A stretch of 64,000 nucleotides of DNA. Source: Vicinamibacteria bacterium (GTDB taxonomy: Bacteria; Acidobacteriota; Vicinamibacteria; Marinacidobacterales; Marinacidobacteraceae). The number at the start of each line of letters is the position of its first letter. Positions within the stretch are counted from its first letter, which is position 1. A program made the translations under genes and the position numbers. Positions 39,372-48,614 of the stretch are shown here, piece by piece. The stretch spans positions 256,001-320,000 of the forward strand of contig CAXXLQ010000004.1 of assembly GCA_963668695.2 (NCBI GenBank). The letters run 5' to 3'. A model generated the notes under the pieces. It did not search any database and was not told the DNA's origin. It saw nothing but the letters and a program-made list of their open reading frames with translations.

Positions 39372-40383
39372 AACAAACGGCAGCGAACTTGTTCGCTGCC
39401 CGCCTGACCGGGGGGAAAGTGTGAAAGGGGGGCCACTGCCCCCCGTTCACAAAAAGATACCGACGAATCGGAACTTGCCGCCGCACGACCGACAGTTGAA
39501 TGTCGACGCCCTGATCGAGCGAAAACCACACCAGCGAACTTGTTCGCTGCCCGCATGACCGGGGGGAAAGTGTGAAAGGGGGGCCCCTGCCCTCCGTTCA
39601 CAAAAAGATAACGACGAATCGGAACTTGCCGCCGCACGCCCGACAGTAGATGTCGATGCCCTGAACGAGCGAAAAAACGGCAGCGAACTCTGTTCGCTGC
39701 CCGCCTGACCGGGGGGAAAGGGTGAAAGGGGGGCCACTGCCCCCCGTTCACAAAAAGATACCGACGAATCGGAACTTGCCGCCGCGCGCCCGACAGTCGG
39801 ATGCCGACGCCCTGATCGAGCGAAAACCACACCAGCGAACTTGTTCGCTGCCCGCCTGACCGGGGGGAAAGTGTGAAAGGGGGGCATCCCCAGGGGCATC
39901 CCCCCTTTCACATAAAGGCAACTACGAATCGGAACTCGCCGCAGCACGCCCCACAGTGGGTGTCGATGCCCTGAACGAACAAAAACAACGGCAGCGAACT
40001 CGTTCGCTGCCCGCCTGACCGGGGGGAAAGCGTGAAAGGGGGGCCACTGCCCCCCGTTCACAAAAATGCAACGACGAATCGGAACTTGCCACCGCGCACC
40101 CGACAGTAGATGTCGACGCCCTGATCGAGCGAAAAAACCGGCAGCGAACTCGTTCGCTGCCCGCGTGACCGGGGGGAAAGTGTGAAAGGGGGGCCCCTGC
40201 CCCCCGTTCACAAAAATGCAACGACGAATCGGAACTTGCCGCCGCGCGCCGCAGGCGCGCAAGGAAGTTTCGAATCGCGGCGCGAAGCGCCGGGCGGTCC
40301 TCGGACGGGGCCCCAATCCAATTAGAGAAAGTGATCCGGAACTATTCCGGATCAAGGCCCCGTCCGGGGACCGCTCGACGTCA
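39372..40383. repeat. Structured repeat family B, six tandem ~150-bp units plus a long tail
   Basis: CAGCGAAC recurs at 39381, 39532, 39681, 39833, 39992 and 40142. Confidence 0.9.
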
Positions 40384-41218
40384 ACCCGGCGGCGGCGCGA
40401 AGCTCCTCGTAGCGCTCCGGCGGCAGATCCGAGCCGAAGCGCCTTCCATGCTTCGCCTCGTGGAAGTCCGAGCCGCCGCTCACCATCAGGCCCAGCGAGT
40501 CCGCCACCCTGAGATAGCGCTCGCGCTCGTCCTTGTCCTGCTCGACGTGGTACGCCTCGAGCGCCCGAACCCCGGTCTCCCGGAGCATGGCAGGAAGCGC
40601 GGATTGGTCCCGGAGGTATTTCGGGTGCGCGACGGAGCTGATTCCCCCCGCGGCGTGCAGCATCTTCGCCGCCTCCGCAACCTCGATTTTCCAGCCGTAC
40701 CGCACGTGCCCGATTTGCTCGTCACCGAGATACTTGTCGAACGCCTCCGCCCGGTTCCGGACCACCCCCTTCCGAATCAGCGCATCCGCCACGTGGGGAC
40801 GACCAAGCGAGCGACCCGTGGACATCGCCGCGACCTCCTCGAAGAGGAGCGGGACGCCCGCGGCCGTGAGCTGCTTGCACGTTTCGGAGATCCGGTCCTG
40901 GCGGCGGGCGCAAGCCTCCTCAAAGAGTGCGGTCAGCGTCCGATCCTCGGGATCCACAAAGAGACCCAACAGATGGACCGACTCGTCTCCCCACTGGCAA
41001 CTCACCTCGACCCCGGGAACCAACTCGATCCCACATTCCGCGGCGGCGACCCGGGCTGCCGGGATTCCCGTCATGGTGTCGTGGTCGGTCAGCGCCAGCA
41101 CGGTCACCCCATCCCGAGCCGCGGCTTCGACGGCTGAACGCGGTGAGAGGACTCCATCCGATTCGGTGGAGTGGGAGTGGAGATCGATGTTCGGGGCACG
41201 GATTGCAGGGAAGGTCAT
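40352..41218 (-). CDS. PHP domain phosphoesterase (TrpH/YciV-like)
   Basis: DLHSHSTESDG, LTDHDT, GVE, HLLG, GRPH, AHP and GGSDFH. Confidence 0.9.
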   Translation of the reverse strand: MTFPAIRAPNIDLHSHSTESDGVLSPRSAVEAAARDGVTVLALTDHDTMTGIPAARVAAAECGIELVPGVEVSCQWGDESVHLLGLFVDPEDRTLTALFEEACARRQDRISETCKQLTAAGVPLLFEEVAAMSTGRSLGRPHVADALIRKGVVRNRAEAFDKYLGDEQIGHVRYGWKIEVAEAAKMLHAAGGISSVAHPKYLRDQSALPAMLRETGVRALEAYHVEQDKDERERYLRVADSLGLMVSGGSDFHEAKHGRRFGSDLPPERYEELRAAAGLTSSGPRTGP

Positions 41219-41330
41219 TCGACGGGCAGAAAGTTTAGTCGCCAGCGTGACGGCTTCATCCCGGACCGCTAGAATCCGTAATGCTTGATCAGCCGCAACC
41301 AGGCTTGGAATCACCAAAGGAGCGAACCCC

Positions 41331-41654
41331 ATGCTTAACTTGACCGATGTCGCCGTTACCAAGGTCGCCGAGTTCCTCTCGAAGCACGGTCGTCCGAACG
41401 CCCTTCTACGGGTTCGCGTGGTCGGCGGAGGGTGCTCCGGCTTCCAGTACCAGTTGGCCCTCGACGATGAGTCCTCCACGGGGGACCAGGTCATCGAGCA
41501 GAACGGGGTCCGGATGCTGATCGACGAGCGCAGCCTGCCCTATCTGCAGGGAACCGAAATCGACTACGTCGAAGACATCATGGGGGCCGGGTTCCGCTTC
41601 AACAATCCCAACGCCGTCTCGAGTTGCGGCTGCGGAGAGTCCTTCCAGGTCTGA
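41331..41654 (+). CDS. iscA: A-type Fe-S cluster carrier (IscA/ErpA/HesB)
   Basis: GGGCSG and NPNA..SCGCGESF. Confidence 0.93.
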   Translation: MLNLTDVAVTKVAEFLSKHGRPNALLRVRVVGGGCSGFQYQLALDDESSTGDQVIEQNGVRMLIDERSLPYLQGTEIDYVEDIMGAGFRFNNPNAVSSCGCGESFQV

Positions 41655-41739
41655 GCTCCCCGCAGGGAAGCTGGCACTTGCCCCGCCCAGGTAGTCGGGG
41701 GGCGGGGGTGCTCTTCGGCGTCTCCTTGGGCGTCCCCTG

Positions 41740-42504
41740 GTGATCGGCGCCACCATCGCCGTTCTGACCGCGCGCCTCGCGGCGGGGAGCCTCCTGGTCG
41801 CGGGAATCATCCACGCGGCACATCGGGTTCCGGAGGGCTACCTCCGGCTGGTGGCGCGCGGAGCCGCGCTGGCAATGGCCCTCGGGCTGCTGGCCGGACG
41901 AAGCCGCCCGGAAGCCCCGTTCTGGGCGCTCCTGTTGGCCGGCGCCATCCTGCTGGCGTTCACCGTTCCCCGGTTCGGAGCCCGTCCCCGAACTCTCGCG
42001 GGCTGTATGGTGGGAATCGGTTTCCTTGGAGCCCTGCTGCCGCCTCTGCAGGCGCCGGATCTGCCTGGGTTGGCGCTCGCCGCCAACCTGTCGGGGGGCG
42101 CGCTCCTCGGGGGTGTCGTCGCCACGATGCTCCTCGGGCATTGGTATCTCGTGGAGACTTCACTCTCGATCCGACCGCTGTCGGTAGGATCCAGCCTCTT
42201 CAGCGGCGCTGTCGCACTTCGTATCGGTGTCGTAATCATCGCGCTGATCTACGGCGGAGTCGCGGCGTTACGCATCGCGGATCTCTCCGATCTGATCTAT
42301 TCGACCCCGGCTCTCTTCTTCGGGTTTCGGGTCCTGACCGGGCTGCTTTTCCCGGCTTTCCTGGCCGTCATGATTCGGAACACCGTGCGGATTCGGTCGA
42401 CGCAGTCGGCGACCGGACTACTCTACGTAGCGCTCATTCTGGTCCTCTTCGGCGAACTCACCGCAGCTTTCCTGGAGGTGGCGACCGGCGGCCGACTGGT
42501 CTGA
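41740..42504 (+). CDS. Hypothetical polytopic membrane protein
   Basis: About 7-8 hydrophobic segments; motifs MLLGHWYL and STQSATGLLYV. Confidence 0.75.
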   Translation: MIGATIAVLTARLAAGSLLVAGIIHAAHRVPEGYLRLVARGAALAMALGLLAGRSRPEAPFWALLLAGAILLAFTVPRFGARPRTLAGCMVGIGFLGALLPPLQAPDLPGLALAANLSGGALLGGVVATMLLGHWYLVETSLSIRPLSVGSSLFSGAVALRIGVVIIALIYGGVAALRIADLSDLIYSTPALFFGFRVLTGLLFPAFLAVMIRNTVRIRSTQSATGLLYVALILVLFGELTAAFLEVATGGRLV

Positions 42505-42517
42505 GGCGGAGGATGTA

Positions 42518-43840
42518 GTGGATACTCGAAGCGCCCTACCAACAAGGTCACCGACTCGAAGCCTTTCCCGCCGCCGCCTGTTGGCCGGCGTTCCCGGTCT
42601 CGCGCTGTTGCCCATTCTTCCGGTGGGTCGTCTCGCCGCCGGAGAACCGCCGGAACCCGGCGCCAGCGAGGAACTGCCGGATTGGGTGCGCCTGGCCCGG
42701 GAAGAAGTCCCGGCAGCCACCGCAAGTCCGTATTTTCAAACCGGCGGCATCGGCCCCTCACCACGTTCCGTGGTCGAGGATGTGGGGGCCCGGCTGAACT
42801 TTCAAAACCGAAGTCCCGCCGCCGCCGACATTGCCGAGGTGATGGGGCGGATCGAGCCGGATCTCCGGTCCCAGCTTGCACGGGTGTTCGGCGCGGGCGA
42901 CGACGAGGTAGCGCTCACTCATTCCACCTCGGAAGGGATTTCCATCGTCGCCTGGAGCCTTGATTGGCGTCCCGGAGACGAAGTCGTCATTTCGAACACC
43001 GAACACCCGGCGAACGTCTTTCCCTGGTACGTCCTTCGAGACCGCTTCGGGATCGTGATTCGGGAGATCGACCTCAGCCCCGGCACGGATGTCGTGGCCG
43101 AGGTTCGGGAACAGCTCTCTCCCAAGACCCGGGTGGTCAGCCTCAGCCACGTTTCCCGGAACAACGGCCGGACGCTCCGCACCGAAGATTCCGCGCGGCT
43201 CGCGGAGCTCCTCCGCGCCCGGGGTGTCCGTTATCACCTTGACGGGGCGCAGGGACCCGGCTGTGTGGCGACCGATTTCGCCGAGCTCGGCTGCGATTGC
43301 TACTCGACTTGCGGACACAAGTGGCTCCTCGGTCCCAAGGGCACCGGCGCGCTCTTCGTCCGGCGGGCCGTTCTGGACGAAGTTCAACTGAGTTGGGCAG
43401 GAGCGCACAGCCACGAAACCATGGACTACGAGGGCAACTACACCCTGCTGCCGAGCGCCGCCCGCTACGAGTTCGGGACCCGGGCACTGGCCGACTTCTA
43501 CGGCTTCGGGCAAGCCGTGCAGTGGATGGAAGACATCGGCCTCGAACGCATCCTCACCCGGATCCAGGACCTCATGAGCTATGGCATCGACGCCGTTCGA
43601 CGGACACGGGAACTCGAACTCGCTTCGCCCGCGGATCCGGCCGACCGCTCGGGGATCCTGGTGGTCCGGCTACCTGAAGGCTGCGACCCGATGGTCCTCT
43701 ATCGAGGTCTCGGCCGGGAGGATGGAATCCTGGCCTCGCCGGTCCGCGGCGAACGGGACTTTCGACTCTCGGTGCACTTCTTCAACACCCGGGAGGAGAT
43801 CTCCTCGGCGGTCGAGGCCATCGTCTCCCGGTGCGCCTGA
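42518..43840 (+). CDS. Class V PLP-dependent aminotransferase with Tat-like signal peptide
   Basis: SRRRLL signal; STSEG, EHPAN, DGAQ and GHKWLLGPKGTG. Confidence 0.88.
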   Translation: MDTRSALPTRSPTRSLSRRRLLAGVPGLALLPILPVGRLAAGEPPEPGASEELPDWVRLAREEVPAATASPYFQTGGIGPSPRSVVEDVGARLNFQNRSPAAADIAEVMGRIEPDLRSQLARVFGAGDDEVALTHSTSEGISIVAWSLDWRPGDEVVISNTEHPANVFPWYVLRDRFGIVIREIDLSPGTDVVAEVREQLSPKTRVVSLSHVSRNNGRTLRTEDSARLAELLRARGVRYHLDGAQGPGCVATDFAELGCDCYSTCGHKWLLGPKGTGALFVRRAVLDEVQLSWAGAHSHETMDYEGNYTLLPSAARYEFGTRALADFYGFGQAVQWMEDIGLERILTRIQDLMSYGIDAVRRTRELELASPADPADRSGILVVRLPEGCDPMVLYRGLGREDGILASPVRGERDFRLSVHFFNTREEISSAVEAIVSRCA

Positions 43841-43863
43841 GTAATCCGGGCCCGCAGAGAGCC

Positions 43864-44301
43864 TAACAGCCTGTGGCGAAACCCACGCGGCGTTCAACCG
43901 GCGATCCATCCCGGCCAAACAGCCTGTGATGAAACCCGCGCGGCGTTCAACCGGCGATCCATCCCGGCCAAACAGCCTGTGATGAAACCCGCGCGGCGTT
44001 CGGCCGGCGATCCATCCCGGCTGACCGCGTCGCTGCGCGCCGCTCATCGTTGCGTTTCGGTCGAAATACACCAGGTATTCCTCCCTCACGCGCCTTGTCA
44101 GCCAGGCGCCTCACCGGCCTCGGCGCTCACCCGGGTTCCACCACAGGCTGTTCACCACTCCGCTTCGCTGCGTTCTGCGTTGCGTTTCGGTCGAAATACA
44201 CCCGGGCCAGTTCTCCCGGTGGGGGCTCCTCCCTCACGCGCCTTGTCAGCCGGGCGCCTCACCGGCCTCGGCGCTCACGCGGGTTCCACCACAGGCTGCT
44301 A
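43864..44301. mobile_element. Composite MITE-like family A element
   Basis: TA-ACAGCCTGTGG ... CCACAGGCTGC-TA with internal ~52-bp tandem reiterations. Confidence 0.82.
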
Positions 44302-44316
44302 AGCGGGGCGACGAGA

Positions 44317-44775
44317 TTGGGCAAACGAGCGCCCGAGGTGGGCTTTTATTGTGACGCCTGCGACCGATACTCCACCTGGACACCACCCTTCGCGGAAGGC
44401 GACGACCGGTGCCGGCACTGCGGCCACCGGAATCCGCCTGCGGCGGCGGAGGGTTTCTCGGGCGGCGCCGCCTTTGCCTCCTGTCCGCAATGCGGGAATC
44501 CCGAGCTGTACCAGAAGAAGGACGTTCCCCAACAGATCGGTTGCGCAGTGGTCCTGAGCGCCATCGCACTCGCCACGATTGCCTACGCGCTCTGGGACTT
44601 TCCTGGAGCGTTCGTGGTCTTCGCCTCCGTCGCGCTCCTCGACTTCCTCATCTATCGCCGGTTGGGAAGCGTCACGGTCTGTTACCGCTGCCACGCGGAA
44701 TTCCGCAGGTTCCCGGCAAACCCCGCGCATGGAGACTTCGATATGCACCGCGCGGAAGAGTACGAAGCGGAATAG
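44317..44775 (+). CDS. Hypothetical membrane protein with four CxxC motifs
   Basis: CDAC, CRHC and CPQC, two TM helices, then CYRC; start uncertain. Confidence 0.7.
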   Translation: MGKRAPEVGFYCDACDRYSTWTPPFAEGDDRCRHCGHRNPPAAAEGFSGGAAFASCPQCGNPELYQKKDVPQQIGCAVVLSAIALATIAYALWDFPGAFVVFASVALLDFLIYRRLGSVTVCYRCHAEFRRFPANPAHGDFDMHRAEEYEAE

Positions 44776-44789
44776 ACGCAGGCGGGTGT

Positions 44790-45301
44790 TAACAGCCTGT
44801 GGTGAAACCCACGTGAGCGCCGAGACCGGTGAGGCGCCCGGCTGACAAGGCGCGTGAGGGAGGAATACCGGGTGTATTTCGACCGAAACGCAACGATGAG
44901 CGGCGCGAAGCGACGCGGTTCAGCCGGGATGGATCGCCGGTCGAACGCCGTGTGGGTTTTGCCACAGGCTGTTAACAGCCTGTGGTGAAACCCAAGCGGC
45001 GTTCCCGAGCCAGAAGCGACGGGGATCGGGTGCTCCCGCCCCCCGTCCCTTCCGCTCCGGGGTCTACGCGGTGCTTGCGCCCCGCTCCGGAAACGAGCGG
45101 CGATCCATCCCGGCTGAATCACTCCGCTTCGCTCCGTTCTGCGTTGCGTTTCGGTCGAAATACACTCGGGCCAGTTCTCCCGGTGGGGGCTCCTCCCTCA
45201 CGCGCCTTGTCAGCCGGACCCCCACCGGGAGAACTGGGCCTCGCCCCCACCGGGAGGACTGACCGCTCTCGGCGCTCACCCGGGTCCACCACAGGTTGTT
45301 A
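44790..45301. mobile_element. Two abutting family A elements sharing one TA at 44973-44974
   Basis: GGCTGT-TA-ACAGCC junction; outer ends are TA-flanked. Confidence 0.85.
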
Positions 45302-46468
45302 AAGATCCCCGACGCCCGCAAGGACCTTTCGGCTGAATGGCTGCGTGCCGCTCTCGTCGCGGGAGGCCGTCCGGACTGTCCGCCGATCCGGGAGCTGACC
45401 TGCGAGACCATCGGGGAAGGGATCGGACTGATCGGAGAAATCCTGCGCTGCGAACTGACCTTCGTCGAGGGCACCCGACCTTCCGACAGCGTGATCGTGA
45501 AACTCCCCAGCAGAAAACGCACGAACCGGAAACTCGGCCGCAGGTGGAGGCTGTACCGCCGCGAGTACAGCTTCTACCGCCACCTGGCGTCCGAACTACC
45601 GCTCCGCACCCCGGCGCTCCTCTACGGTGATTTCGAAGCTCGAAGCCACCGTTTCGTCCTCGTTCTCGAGGATCTCCGCGGCATGGCCCCAGCGGACCAG
45701 GTCGAGGGCGCGAACCCTCGACAGGTGAGGCGCGCCGTGCGGGCGGCGGCCCAACTCCACGCAAAATACTGGGACCGGGTCGAACCTCTGGCCGCCTCGG
45801 GTCTTGATGAGACGATGGCTCCGGGGGTCTGGCTGGGCGTGCAGATCCTGTATCTGTTGAGCCTGCCGCGGAGTCTGCCGCGCCTCTCGGCTTGGTGGTC
45901 CGAAGAGGTGCAGGATCTGGCGGAGGAGTACGGACTTCGGCTGGCAGACCACCTCGCTCACCTGGCTGGAGAACCGCTGACATTCGTTCATGGCGACTAC
46001 CGCCTCGACAACATGTTCTTCGGGGAAGACGGCAAGGACGACTTCGCGGTGGTGGACTGGCAAAACAGCGGGGTCTCGAGCGGCCTCTACGACGTGGCCT
46101 ACTTCCTCGCGGGCAGCGTCTCGACGGAGGTCCGCCGCGCGGTCGAAAAAGACGCGCTCCGGGAGTATCACGACATCGTTTGCAGTCTGGGCACGCGGGA
46201 CTTCACGTTCGAGCACTGCTGGCGGCTCTACCGCGAGACCCTGCTGGGCTGCCTGGTGTTGCCGGTGGTTGCCGCCGGCCAACTGCTGGAAGAGCCCCCG
46301 GAACGGCAACTGCGACTCGAGGACGCGATCGCGAAGCGGACCGCGGCAGCGGTCCAGGATCGAGATGCCGGCGCGTTCCTGCCCCCTCTCCCGCCACTGC
46401 TGAGCCGGGCAGGGCTCCGGCGCGCTCTCTGCCGGGGCGGTTACCGGGTCTATCGGGCGCTCCCCTAG
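45296..46468 (+). CDS. APH/choline-kinase-like phosphotransferase (EcKinase/DUF1679-like)
   Basis: VIVK, LVLEDL, HGDYRLDN and VVDWQ; start overlaps the repeat end. Confidence 0.85.
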   Translation: MLKIPDARKDLSAEWLRAALVAGGRPDCPPIRELTCETIGEGIGLIGEILRCELTFVEGTRPSDSVIVKLPSRKRTNRKLGRRWRLYRREYSFYRHLASELPLRTPALLYGDFEARSHRFVLVLEDLRGMAPADQVEGANPRQVRRAVRAAAQLHAKYWDRVEPLAASGLDETMAPGVWLGVQILYLLSLPRSLPRLSAWWSEEVQDLAEEYGLRLADHLAHLAGEPLTFVHGDYRLDNMFFGEDGKDDFAVVDWQNSGVSSGLYDVAYFLAGSVSTEVRRAVEKDALREYHDIVCSLGTRDFTFEHCWRLYRETLLGCLVLPVVAAGQLLEEPPERQLRLEDAIAKRTAAAVQDRDAGAFLPPLPPLLSRAGLRRALCRGGYRVYRALP

Positions 46469-46723
46469 CAGCCTGTGGATAAAGTGGCGTGAGCGCCGAG
46501 AGCGGCCAGTTCTCCCGGTGGGGGCGAGGCCCAGTTCTCCCGGTGGGGGTCCGGCTGACAAGGCGCGTGAGGGAGGAGCCCCCACCGGGAGAACTGGCCC
46601 GGGTGTATTCCGACCGAAACGCAACGATGAGCGACGCGAAGCGACGCGGTTCAGCCGGGATGCATCGCCGCTCGAGCCCCCACCGGGAGAACTGGGCCGC
46701 GTGACTTTGTCCACAGGCTGCTA
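46466..46723. mobile_element. MITE-like family A element
   Basis: TAG-CAGCCTGTGGATAAAG ... CTTTGTCCACAGGCTGC-TA. Confidence 0.85.
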
Positions 46724-46751
46724 ACAGCCCGTCGCCGGTCCAGCTTTTCCC

Positions 46752-48137
46752 ATGCCGCAAACCGAAGAAGGGCGGTTCACCACCGGCTCGACGATGCGCC
46801 ACGTGGTCGTCATGACCACGACCGCCTCCGTCGGGTTCATGTTCCTGTTCCTGGTGGACTTCCTTGCGCTGTTCTACATCTCGCTGCTCCGCGACGTACG
46901 TCTCGTAGCCGCCGTCGGACTCGCCTCCTTCGTCCAGCACGTCGTCAGTGCCGTGGCCATCGGCCTCGCCGTCGCCGCGACCGCGCTCGTCAGCCAGGCG
47001 CTGGGCGCGCGCAACCGGTCGCTGGCGCGCAGCCGGACCACCTCGTGCCTGACCGCTTCTTTCGTGACCCTCACCGTCATCGCCGGCGCGGTGTTCGTCT
47101 TTCGCCAGGAGGCCGTCGGCCTGCTCATCGAAGCCGGGCCGGTCACGGAGGTGGCCAGCCGCTACCTGGCGTGGATCCTTCCGTCGCTGCCACTACTGGG
47201 TATTGGAATAAGCACCGCGGCGATTCTCAGAGCCGAGGGCGACGCCCGGCGGGCCCTGATCGTCACGATGGTCGCCGGCGGGGTGGCGTTCGTGCTGGAT
47301 CCGCTGGTGATCCTGGGGCTGGGACTCGGGGTGGACGGCGCGGCCTGGGTGGTGATTCTCGCCAGGCTCGTCACCGCGCTGGTGGGACTCCACTTCTTGA
47401 TCGGTGTCCATGGCCTGGCCGCTCCGCTCCGGGTAGCCGGAGTGTCACGCGACCTCCGTGCGATCTTCGCGGTGGGCGGACCGGCGGTGCTGGCCCAACT
47501 GTCGACACCTTCCGGCTTCCTGTTGCTGACCGCCTGGGTCGGGCGCTTCGGAGAAAGCGCCGTCGCGGGCTGGTCCGTGGTGACGCGACTGGTCGTGCTC
47601 GGGTTCTCCGGCATCATCGCACTGTCGGTAGCGGTGGGAGGCATCTTCGGCCAGAACTACGGCGCCCGAAAGCTGGAGCGGGTAGTGGCCACCTTTCGGG
47701 ACAGCCTGGTCTTCGGTGTCCTCTACGCGCTGGCGGCGTGGGCGGTGCTTTGGATCGGGACCGACGCCGTCGTCTGGGCGTTCGGGATGTCCGGCGAGGG
47801 CGCCAGGATCGTCCGGGCCTTCTGCCGGATCGGGGCCGGCGGGTTCGTCCTCGCGGGGGCGGCCTACGTGGCGACGGCGGCCTTCAACAATCTGGGCCGT
47901 CCGCTCTGGGCCACGATGCTCAACTGGTCGAGGGCCGGGCTGGCGATTCCTGCCATGCTGCTGCTAGCGGTGGGCACGCTGGAAGGCAGGGTGATCCTGT
48001 TCGCGCTCGACGGCCCCGGCGTGGTCTACGCCCAGGCCCTCGGGAGCAGTCTGGTCGGGGTGATCGGCGCCGGGGTGGGATGGCGCTTCGTGAAGGCCGT
48101 GGCGAGAGAGCGTCTGTCGGCGGGTTCGGATCCCTAG
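46752..48137 (+). CDS. MATE family efflux transporter
   Basis: About 12 TM segments; LRAEGDARR, LDPLVI and GQNYGA. Confidence 0.9.
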   Translation: MPQTEEGRFTTGSTMRHVVVMTTTASVGFMFLFLVDFLALFYISLLRDVRLVAAVGLASFVQHVVSAVAIGLAVAATALVSQALGARNRSLARSRTTSCLTASFVTLTVIAGAVFVFRQEAVGLLIEAGPVTEVASRYLAWILPSLPLLGIGISTAAILRAEGDARRALIVTMVAGGVAFVLDPLVILGLGLGVDGAAWVVILARLVTALVGLHFLIGVHGLAAPLRVAGVSRDLRAIFAVGGPAVLAQLSTPSGFLLLTAWVGRFGESAVAGWSVVTRLVVLGFSGIIALSVAVGGIFGQNYGARKLERVVATFRDSLVFGVLYALAAWAVLWIGTDAVVWAFGMSGEGARIVRAFCRIGAGGFVLAGAAYVATAAFNNLGRPLWATMLNWSRAGLAIPAMLLLAVGTLEGRVILFALDGPGVVYAQALGSSLVGVIGAGVGWRFVKAVARERLSAGSDP

Positions 48138-48603
48138 CAGCCGGTGGTGGGACCCGGGTCAGCGCCGAGCCCGGCCAGTCCTCCCGGTGGGGGCGAGGCC
48201 CAGTTCTCCCGGTGGGGGTCCGGCTGACAAGGCGCGTGAGGGAGGAGCCCCCACCGGGAGAACTGGCCCGGGTGTACTCCGACCGAAACGCAACGATGAG
48301 CGGCGCGCAGCGACGCGGTTCAGCCGGGATGGATCGCCGGCCGAGCCCCCACCGGGAGAACTGGGCCGCGTGGGTTTCACTACCGGTTGTTTCGCCGGGA
48401 TGGATCGCCGGGCGAGCCCCCACCGGGAGAACTGGGCCGCGCGAGTTTCATTACAGGCTGTTTCGCCGGGATGGATCGCCGGGCGAGCCCCCACCGGGAG
48501 AACTGGGCCGCGCGAGTTTCATTACAGGCTGTTTCGCCGGGATGGATCGCCGGGCGAGCCCCCACCGGGAGAACTGGGCCGCGTGGGTTCCACCACCGGC
48601 TGC
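48135..48603. mobile_element. Composite MITE-like family A element
   Basis: TAG-CAGCCGGTGGTGG ... CCACCACCGGCTGC with internal ~71-bp tandem units. Confidence 0.85.
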
Positions 48604-48614
48604 CGGCAGCCCCC

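Noticed and set aside
39372-40383. CRISPR array or repeat protein (ORFs 39447-40355, 39242-39832, 38395-39531)
   Set aside because: Units are ~150 bp with periods not consistently divisible by 3, so frames shift between units. The ORFs are by-products of the repeat.
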